Source: Eledone cirrhosa
Taxonomy: Eukaryota
Direction: 5' to 3'
Length of the DNA stretch: 64,000 bases
Assembly: GCA_964016885.1 (NCBI GenBank)
Contig: CAXHJY010000184.1
Coordinates: 124,001-188,000 of the forward strand
Shown: one piece after another, positions 53,901-64,000 of the stretch
Layout of the letters: the number at the start of each line of letters is the position of its first letter
Numbering within the stretch: position 1 is the first letter of the stretch
Notes under the pieces: generated by a model
The model's database searches: none
Seen by the model: only the letters and a program-made list of their open reading frames with translations
What the model was told of the DNA's origin: nothing
Program-made: the position numbers and the translations under genes

Positions 53901-56900
53901 CCAGTCACTACAGGTCTATAGTCTGTCCCAGTCACTACAGGACTATAGTCTTTCCCAGTCACTACAGGACTATAGTCTTTCCCAATCACTACAGGACTAC
54001 ATTCTTTCCCAGTCACTACAGGACTATAGTCTTTCCCAGTCACTACAGGACTATAGTCTTTCCCAGTCATTACAGGACTATAGTCTTTCCCAGTCACTAC
54101 AGGACTATAGTTTTTCCCAGTCACTACAGGACTATAGTCTTTCCCAATCACTACAGGACTATAGTCTTTCCCAATCACTACAGGACTATAGTCTTTCCCA
54201 GTCACTACAAGACTATAGTCTTTCCCAGTCACTACAGGACTATAGTCTTTCCCAATCACTACAGGACTATAGTCTTTCCCAGTCACTACAGGACTATAGT
54301 CTTTCCCAGTCACTACAGGACTATAGTCTTTCCCAGTCACTACAGGACTATAGTCTTTCCCAGTCACTACAGGACTACTTTCTTTCCCAGTCACTACAGG
54401 ACTATAGTCTTTCCCAATCACTACAGGACTATAGTCTTTCCCAGTCACTACAGGACTATAGTCTTTCCCAGTCACTACAGGACTATAGTCTTTCCCAATC
54501 ACTACAGGACTATAGTCTTTCCCAGTCACTACAGGACTACATTCTTTCCCAGTCACTACAGGACTATAGTCTTTCCCAATCACCACAGGACTATAGTCTT
54601 TCCCAGTCACTACAGGACTATAGTCTTTCCCAATCACTACAGGACTATAGTCTTTCCCAGTCACTACAAGACTATAGTCTTTCCTAGTCACTACAAGACT
54701 ATAGTCTTGCCCAGTCAGTCACTACAGGACTATAGTCTTTTCCAGTCACTACAGGACTATAGTCTTTCCCAGTCACTACAGGACTATAGTCTTTCCCAGT
54801 CACTACAGGACTATAGTCTTTCCCAGTCACTACAGGACTATAGTCTTTCCCAGTCACTACAGGACTATAGTCTTTCCCAATCACTACAGGACTACATTCT
54901 TTCCCAGTCACTACAGGACTATAGTCTTTCCCAGTCACTACAGGACTATAGTCTTTCCCAGTCACTACAGGACTATAGTCTTTCCCAATCACTACAGGAC
55001 TATAGTCTTTCCCAATCACTACAGGATTATAGTCTTTCCCAGTCACTACAAGACTATAGTCTTTCCCAGTCACTACAGGACTATAGTCTTTCCCAATCAC
55101 TACAGGACTATAGTCTTTCCCAGTCACTACAGGACTATAGTCTTTCCCAGTCACTACAGGACTATAGTCTTTCCCAGTCACTACAGGACTATAGTCTTTC
55201 CCAGTCACTACAGGACTACATTCTTTCCCAGTCACTACAGGACTATAGTCTTTCCCAATCACTACAGGACTATAGTCTTTCCCAGTCACTACAGGACTAT
55301 AGTCTTTCCCAGTTACTACAGGACTACATTCTTTCCCAGTCACTACAGGACTATAGTCTTTCCCAATCACCACAGGACTATAGTCTTTCCCAGTCACTAC
55401 AGGACTATAGTCTTTCCCAATCACTACATGACTATAGACTTTCCCAGTCACTACAGGACTATGGTCTTTCCCAGTCACTACAGGACTATAGTCTTTCCCA
55501 GTCACTACAAGACTATAGTCTTTCCCAGTCACTACAGGATTATAGTCTTTCCCAATCACTACAGGACTATAGTCTTTCCCAGTCACTACAGGACTATAGT
55601 CTTTCCCAGTCACTACAGGACTATAGTCTTTCCCAATCACTACAGGACTATAATCTTTCCCAGTCACTACAGGACTATAGTCTTTCCCAGTCACTACAGG
55701 ACTATAGTCTTTCCCAATCACTACAGGACTATAGTCTTTCCCAATCACTACAGGACTATAGTCTTTCCCAGTCACTACAGGACTATAGATTTTCCCATTC
55801 ACTACAGCACTATAGTCTTTCCCAGTCACTACAGGACTATAGTCTTTCCCAATCACTACAGGACTATAGTCTTTCCCAGTCACTACAGGACTATAGTCTT
55901 TCCCAGTCACTACAAGACTATAGTCTTTCCCAATCACTACAGGACTATAGTCTTTCCCAATCACTACAGGACTATAGTCTTTCCCAATCACTACAAGACT
56001 ATAGTCTTTCCCAGTCACTACAGGACTATAGTCTTTCCCAGTTACTACAGGACTATAGTCTTTCCCAGTCACTACAGGACTATAGTCTTTTCCAGTCACT
56101 ACAGGACTATAGTCTTTCCCAGTCACTACAGGACTATAGTCTTTCCCAGTCACTACAGGACTATAGTCTTTCCCAGTCACTACAGGGCTATAGTCTTTCC
56201 CAGTCACTACAGGACTATAGTCTTTCCCAATCACTACAGGACTATATTCTTTCCCAGTCACTACAGGACTATAGTCTTTCCCAGTCACTACAGGACTATA
56301 GTCTTTCCCAGTCACTACAGGACTATAGTCTTTCCCAGTCACTACAGGACTATAGTCTTTCCCAATCACTACAGGACTATAGTCTTTCCCAGTCACTACA
56401 GGACTATAGTCTTTCCCAATCACTACAGGACTACATTCTTGCCCAGTCACTACAGGACTATAGTCTTTCCCAGTCACTACAGGACTATAGTCTTTCCCAG
56501 TCACTACAAGACTATAGTCTTTCCCAATCACTACAGGACTATAGACTTTCCCAGTCACTACAGGACTATGGTCTTTCCCAGTCACTACAGGACTATAGTC
56601 TTTCCCAGTCACTACAAGACTATAGTCTTTCCCAGTCACTACAGGATTATAGTCTTTCCCAATCACTACAGGACTATAGTCTTTCCCAGTCACTACAGGA
56701 CTATAGTCTTTCCCAGTCACTACAGGACTATAGTCTTTCCCAATCACTACAGGACTATAATCTTTCCCAGTCACTACAGGACTATAGTCTTTCCCAGTCA
56801 CTACAGGACTATAGTCTTTCCCAATCACTACAGGACTATAGTCTTTCCCAATCACTACAGGACTATAGTCTTTCCCAGTCACTACAGGACTATAGATTTT

Positions 56901-59900
56901 CCCATTCACTACAGCACTATAGTCTTTCCCAGTCACTACAGGACTATAGTCTTTCCCAATCACTACAGGACTATAGTCTTTCCCAGTCACTACAGGACTA
57001 TAGTCTTTCCCAGTCACTACAAGACTATAGTCTTTCCCAATCACTACAGGACTATAGTCTTTCCCAATCACTACAGGACTATAGTCTTTCTCAATCACTA
57101 CAAGACTATAGTCTTTCCCAGTCACTACAGGACTATAGTCTTTCCCAGTTACTACAGGACTATAGTCTTTCCCAGTCACTACAGGACTATAGTCTTTTCC
57201 AGTCACTACAGGACTATAGTCTTTCCCAGTCACTACAGGACTATAGTCTTTCCCAGTCACTACAGGACTATAGTCTTTCCCAGTCACTACAGGGCTATAG
57301 TCTTTCCCAGTCACTACAGGACTATAGTCTTTCCCAATCACTACAGGACTATATTCTTTCCCAGTCACTACAGGACTATAGTCTTTCCCAGTCACTACAG
57401 GACTATAGTCTTTCCCAGTCACTACAGGACTATAGTCTTTCCCAGTCACTACAGGACTATATTCTTTCCCAATCACTACAGGACTATAGTCTTTCCCAGT
57501 CACTACAGGACTATAGTCTTTCCCAATCACTACAGGACTACATTCTTGCCCAGTCACTACAGGACTATAGTCTTTCCCAGTCACTACAGGACTATAGTCT
57601 TTCCCAGTCACTACAGGACTATAGTCTTTCCCAGTCACTACAGGACTATAGTTTTTCCCAGTCACTACAGGACTATAGTCTTTCCCAATCACTACAGGAC
57701 TATAGTCTTTCCCAATCACTACAGGACTATAGTCTTTCCCAGTCACTACAAGACTATAGTCTTTCCCAGTCACTACAGGACTATAGTCTTTCCCAATCAC
57801 TACAGGACTATAGTCTTTCCCAGTCACTACAGGACTATAGTCTTTCCCAGTCACTACAGGACTATAGTCTTTCCCAGTCACTACAGGACTATAGTCTTTC
57901 CCACTCACTACAGGACTATAGTCTTTCCCAGTCACTACAGGACTATAGTCTTTCCCAGTCACTACAGGACTATAGTCTTTCCCAGTCACTACAGGTCTAT
58001 AGTCTTTCCCAGTCACTACAGGACTATAGTCTTTCCCAGTCACTACAGGACTATAGTCTTTCCCAATCACTACAGGACTACATTCTTTCCCAGTCACTAC
58101 AGGACTATAGTCTTTCCCAGTCACTACAGGACTATAGTCTTTCCCAGTCATTACAGGACTATAGTCTTTCCCAGTCACTACAGGACTATAGTTTTTCCCA
58201 GTCACTACAGGACTATAGTCTTTCCCAATCACTACAGGACTATAGTCTTTCCCAATCACTACAGGACTATAGTCTTTCCCAGTCACTACAAGACTATAGT
58301 CTTTCCCAGTCACTACAGGACTATAGTCTTTCCCAATCACTACAGGACTATAGTCTTTCCCAGTCACTACAGGACTATAGTCTTTCCCAGTCACTACAGG
58401 ACTATAGTCTTTCCCAGTCACTACAGGACTATAGTCTTTCCCAGTCACTACAGGACTACTTTCTTTCCCAGTCACTACAGGACTATAGTCTTTCCCAATC
58501 ACTACAGGACTATAGTCTTTCCCAGTCACTACAGGACTATAGTCTTTCCCAGTCACTACAGGACTATAGTCTTTCCCAATCACTACAGGACTATAGTCTT
58601 TCCCAGTCACTACAGGACTACATTCTTTCCCAGTCACTACAGGACTATAGTCTTTCCCAATCACCACAGGACTATAGTCTTTCCCAGTCACTACAGGACT
58701 ATAGTCTTTCCCAATCACTACAGGACTATAGTCTTTCCCAGTCACTACAAGACTATAGTCTTTCCTAGTCACTACAAGACTATAGTCTTGCCCAGTCAGT
58801 CACTACAGGACTATAGTCTTTTCCAGTCACTACAGGACTATAGTCTTTCCCAGTCACTACAGGACTATAGTCTTTCCCAGTCACTACAGGACTATAGTCT
58901 TTCCCAGTCACTACAGGACTATAGTCTTTCCCAGTCACTACAGGACTATAGTCTTTCCCAATCACTACAGGACTACATTCTTTCCCAGTCACTACAGGAC
59001 TATAGTCTTTCCCAGTCACTACAGGACTATAGTCTTTCCCAGTCACTACAGGACTATAGTCTTTCCCAATCACTACAGGACTATAGTCTTTCCCAATCAC
59101 TACAGGATTATAGTCTTTCCCAGTCACTACAAGACTATAGTCTTTCCCAGTCACTACAGGACTATAGTCTTTCCCAATCACTACAGGACTATAGTCTTTC
59201 CCAGTCACTACAGGACTATAGTCTTTCCCAGTCACTACAGGACTATAGTCTTTCCCAGTCACTACAGGACTATATTCTTTCCCAATCACTACAGGACTAT
59301 AGTCTTTCCCAGTCACTACAGGACTATAGTCTTTCCCAATCACTACAGGACTACATTCTTGCCCAGTCACTACAGGACTATAGTCTTTCCCAGTCACTAC
59401 AGGACTATAGTCTTTCCCAGTCACTACAGGACTATAGTCTTTCCCAGTCACTACAGGACTATAGTTTTTCCCAGTCACTACAGGACTATAGTCTTTCCCA
59501 ATCACTACAGGACTATAGTCTTTCCCAATCACTACAGGACTATAGTCTTTCCCAGTCACTACAAGACTATAGTCTTTCCCAGTCACTACAGGACTATAGT
59601 CTTTCCCAATCACTACAGGACTATAGTCTTTCCCAGTCACTACAGGACTATAGTCTTTCCCAGTCACTACAGGACTATAGTCTTTCCCAGTCACTACAGG
59701 ACTATAGTCTTTCCCACTCACTACAGGACTATAGTCTTTCCCAGTCACTACAGGACTATAGTCTTTCCCAGTCACTACAGGACTATAGTCTTTCCCAGTC
59801 ACTACAGGTCTATAGTCTTTCCCAGTCACTACAGGACTATAGTCTTTCCCAGTCACTACAGGACTATAGTCTTTCCCAATCACTACAGGACTACATTCTT

Positions 59901-62900
59901 TCCCAGTCACTACAGGACTATAGTCTTTCCCAGTCACTACAGGACTATAGTCTTTCCCAGTCATTACAGGACTATAGTCTTTCCCAGTCACTACAGGACT
60001 ATAGTTTTTCCCAGTCACTACAGGACTATAGTCTTTCCCAATCACTACAGGACTATAGTCTTTCCCAATCACTACAGGACTATAGTCTTTCCCAGTCACT
60101 ACAAGACTATAGTCTTTCCCAGTCACTACAGGACTATAGTCTTTCCCAATCACTACAGGACTATAGTCTTTCCCAGTCACTACAGGACTATAGTCTTTCC
60201 CAGTCACTACAGGACTATAGTCTTTCCCAGTCACTACAGGACTATAGTCTTTCCCAGTCACTACAGGACTACTTTCTTTCCCAGTCACTACAGGACTATA
60301 GTCTTTCCCAATCACTACAGGACTATAGTCTTTCCCAGTCACTACAGGACTATAGTCTTTCCCAGTCACTACAGGACTATAGTCTTTCCCAATCACTACA
60401 GGACTATAGTCTTTCCCAGTCACTACAGGACTACATTCTTTCCCAGTCACTACAGGACTATAGTCTTTCCCAATCACCACAGGACTATAGTCTTTCCCAG
60501 TCACTACAGGACTATAGTCTTTCCCAATCACTACAGGACTATAGTCTTTCCCAGTCACTACAAGACTATAGTCTTTCCTAGTCACTACAAGACTATAGTC
60601 TTGCCCAGTCAGTCACTACAGGACTATAGTCTTTTCCAGTCACTACAGGACTATAGTCTTTCCCAGTCACTACAGGACTATAGTCTTTCCCAGTCACTAC
60701 AGGACTATAGTCTTTCCCAGTCACTACAGGACTATAGTCTTTCCCAGTCACTACAGGACTATAGTCTTTCCCAATCACTACAGGACTACATTCTTTCCCA
60801 GTCACTACAGGACTATAGTCTTTCCCAGTCACTACAGGACTATAGTCTTTCCCAGTCACTACAGGACTATAGTCTTTCCCAATCACTACAGGACTATAGT
60901 CTTTCCCAATCACTACAGGATTATAGTCTTTCCCAGTCACTACAAGACTATAGTCTTTCCCAGTCACTACAGGACTATAGTCTTTCCCAATCACTACAGG
61001 ACTATAGTCTTTCCCAGTCACTACAGGACTATAGTCTTTCCCAGTCACTACAGGACTATAGTCTTTCCCAGTCACTACAGGACTATAGTCTTTCCCAGTC
61101 ACTACAGGACTACATTCTTTCCCAGTCACTACAGGACTATAGTCTTTCCCAATCACTACAGGACTATAGTCTTTCCCAGTCACTACAGGACTATAGTCTT
61201 TCCCAGTTACTACAGGACTACATTCTTTCCCAGTCACTACAGGACTATAGTCTTTCCCAATCACCACAGGACTATAGTCTTTCCCAGTCACTACAGGACT
61301 ATAGTCTTTCCCAATCACTACAGGACTATAGTCTTTCCCAGTCACTACAAGACTATAGTCTTTCCTAGTCACTACAAGACTATAGTCTTGCCCAGTCAGT
61401 CACTACAGGACTATAGTCTTTTCCAGTCACTACAGGACTATAGTCTTTCCCAGTCACTACAGGACTATAGTCTTTCCCAGTCACTACAGGACTATAGTCT
61501 TTCCCAGTCACTACAGGACTATAGTCTTTCCCAGTCACGACAGGACTATAGTCTTTCCCAATCACTACAGGACTACATTCTTTCCCAGTCACTACAGGAC
61601 TATAGTCTTTCCCAGTCACTACAGGACTATAGTCTTTCCCAGTCACTACAGGACTATAGTCTTTCCCAGTCACTACAGGACTATAGTTTTTCCCAGTCAC
61701 TACAGGACTATAGTCTTTCCCAATCACTACAGGACTATAATCTTTCCCAATCACTACAGGACTATAGTCTTTCCCAGTCACTACAAGACTATAGTCTTTC
61801 CCAGTCACTACAGGACTATAGTCTTTCCCAATCACTACAGGACTATAGTCTTTCCCAGTCACTACAGGACTATAGTCTTTCCCAGTCACTACAGGACTAT
61901 AGTCTTTCCCAGTCACTACAGGACTATTGTCTTTCCCAGTCACTACAGGACTATAGTCTTTCCCAATCACTACAAGACTATAGTCTTTCCCAGTCACTAC
62001 AGGACTATAGTCTTTCCCAATCACTACAGGACTATAGTCTTTCCCAGTCACTACAGGACTATAGTCTTTCCCAGTCACTACAGGACTATAGTCTTTCCCA
62101 GTCACTACAGGACTACATTCTTTCCCAGTCACTACAGGACTATAGTCTTTCCCAATCACTACAGGTCTATAGTCTTTCCCAGTCACTACAGGACTATAGT
62201 CTTTCCCAGTCACTACAGGACTATAGTCTTTCCCAATCACTACAGGACTATAGTCTTTCCCAGTCACTACAGGACTATAGTCTTTCCCAGTCACTACAGG
62301 ACTATAGTCTTTCCCAGTCACTACAGGACTATAGTCTTTCCCAGTCACTACAGGACTATAGTCTTTCCCAGTCACTACAGGACTATAGTCTTTCCCAGTC
62401 ACTACAGGACTATAGTCTTTCCCAGTCACTACAGGACTATAGTCTTTCCCAGTCACTACAGGACTATAGTCTTTCCCAGTCACTACAGGACTATAGTCTT
62501 TCCCAGTCACTACAGGACTATAGTCTTTCCCAGTCACTACAGGACTATAGTCTTTCCCAGTCACTACAGGACTATAGTATTTCCCAGTCACTATAGGACT
62601 ATAGTCTTTCCCAGTCACTACAGGACTATAGTCTTTCCCAGTCACTACAGGGCTATAGTCTTTCCCAGTCACTACATGACTACAGTCTTTCCCAGTCACA
62701 ACAGGACTATAGTCTTTCCCAGTCACTACAGGACTATAGTCTTTCCCAGTCACTACAGGACTATAGTCTTTCCCAATCACTACAGGACTATAGTCTTTCC
62801 CAATCACTACAGGACTATAGTCTTTCCCAGTCACTGCAGGACTATAGTCTTTCCCAATCACTACAGGACTATAGTCTTTCCCAGTCACTACAAGACTATA

Positions 62901-64000
62901 GTCTTTCCCAATCACTACAGGACTATAGTCTTTCCCAGTCACTACAGGACTATAGTCTTTCCCAGTCACTACAGGACTATAGTCTTTCCCAGTCACTACA
63001 GGACTATAGTTTTTCCCAGTCACTACAGGACTATAGTCTTTCCCAATCACTACAGGACTATAATCTTTCCCAATCACTACAGGACTATAGTCTTTCCCAG
63101 TCACTACAAGACTATAGTCTTTCCCAGTCACTACAGGACTATAGTCTTTCCCAATCACTACAGGACTATAGTCTTTCCCAGTCACTACAGGACTATAGTC
63201 TTTCCCAGTCACTACAGGACTATAGTCTTTCCCAGTCACTACAGGACTATAGTCTTTCCCAGTCACTACAGGACTATAGTCTTTCCCAATCACTACAAGA
63301 CTATAGTCTTTCCCAGTCACTACAGGACTATAGTCTTTCCCAATCACTACAGGACTATAGTCTTTCCCAGTCACTACAGGACTATAGTCTTTCCCAGTCA
63401 CTACAGGACTATAGTCTTTCCCAGTCACTACAGGACTACATTCTTTCCCAGTCACTACAGGACTATAGTCTTTCCCAATCACTACAGGTCTATAGTCTTT
63501 CCCAGTCACTACAGGACTATAGTCTTTCCCAGTCACTACAGGACTATAGTCTTTCCCAATCACTACAGGACTATAGTCTTTCCCAGTCACTACAGGACTA
63601 TAGTCTTTCCCAGTCACTACAGGACTATAGTCTTTCCCAGTCACTACAGGACTATAGTCTTTCCCAGTCACTACAGGACTATAGTCTTTCCCAGTCACTA
63701 CAGGACTATAGTCTTTCCCAGTCACTACAGGACTATAGTCTTTCCCAGTCACTACAGGACTATAGTCTTTCCCAGTCACTACAGGACTATAGTCTTTCCC
63801 AATCACTACAGGACTATAGTCTTTCCCAGTCACTACAGGACTATAGTCTTTCCCAGTCACTACAGGACTATAGTCTTTCCCAGTCACTACAGGACTATAG
63901 TCTTTCCCAGTCACTACAAGACTATAGTCTTTCCCAATCACTACAGGACTATAGTCTTTCCCAATCACTACAGGACTATAGTCTTTCCCAATCACTACAG
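26975..64000. repeat. 27-bp satellite (TCACTACAGGACTATAGTCTTTCCCAG)n, ~1,370 copies, running off the window end
   Basis: Direct tandem repeat with usually 0-2 substitutions per monomer and rare recurrent indels. Each canonical monomer has the internal palindrome GACTATAGTC. Confidence 0.99.

Noticed and set aside
26853-63995. Giant ORFs up to 2,659 aa on both strands
   Set aside because: A 27-bp unit is 9 codons and is stop-free in 3 of 6 frames. The ORFs overlap on both strands, switch frame at indels and have no unique domains or credible starts. The lack of substitution stops in the minus frame is unsurprising, as only 3 of 81 single changes create one.
26975-64000. CRISPR array (27-bp repeat with internal palindrome)
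   Set aside because: Monomers are head-to-tail with no unique spacers, there are no cas genes, and the context is eukaryotic.

Overview
Repeat-dominated animal genomic DNA, probably an octopus or another coleoid cephalopod (inferred only from the SINE/LINE content). No host protein-coding gene, rRNA, tRNA gene or CRISPR array is supported. From left to right: (1) 1-3.1 kb is a degenerate hexamer array, (CACTAA)n grading into (YGCTRA)n, one base from telomeric CCCTAA. (2) 3.3-17.3 kb is a ~864-bp macrosatellite with 15 full units in an A/B dimer pattern; each unit has ~180-200-bp subrepeats plus one inverted copy around an 18-bp hairpin. (3) 17.3-27 kb is a dense patch of decayed mobile elements: two RTE LINE families, two CR1-type fragments, tRNA-derived SINEs, a Helitron-like element, a deleted mariner, a MITE, and a direct-repeat pair carrying hammerhead-ribozyme-like motifs. 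(4) 26,975 to the window end is a very homogeneous 27-bp satellite (~1,370 copies) with nested higher-order duplications; all giant ORFs in the track come from this 9-codon unit. Most notable: the satellite begins abruptly beside a 34-bp RTE-LINE 3'-terminal stem-loop that shows a compensatory base change relative to the RTE at 23 kb, and two hammerhead-like folds lie 377 nt apart.
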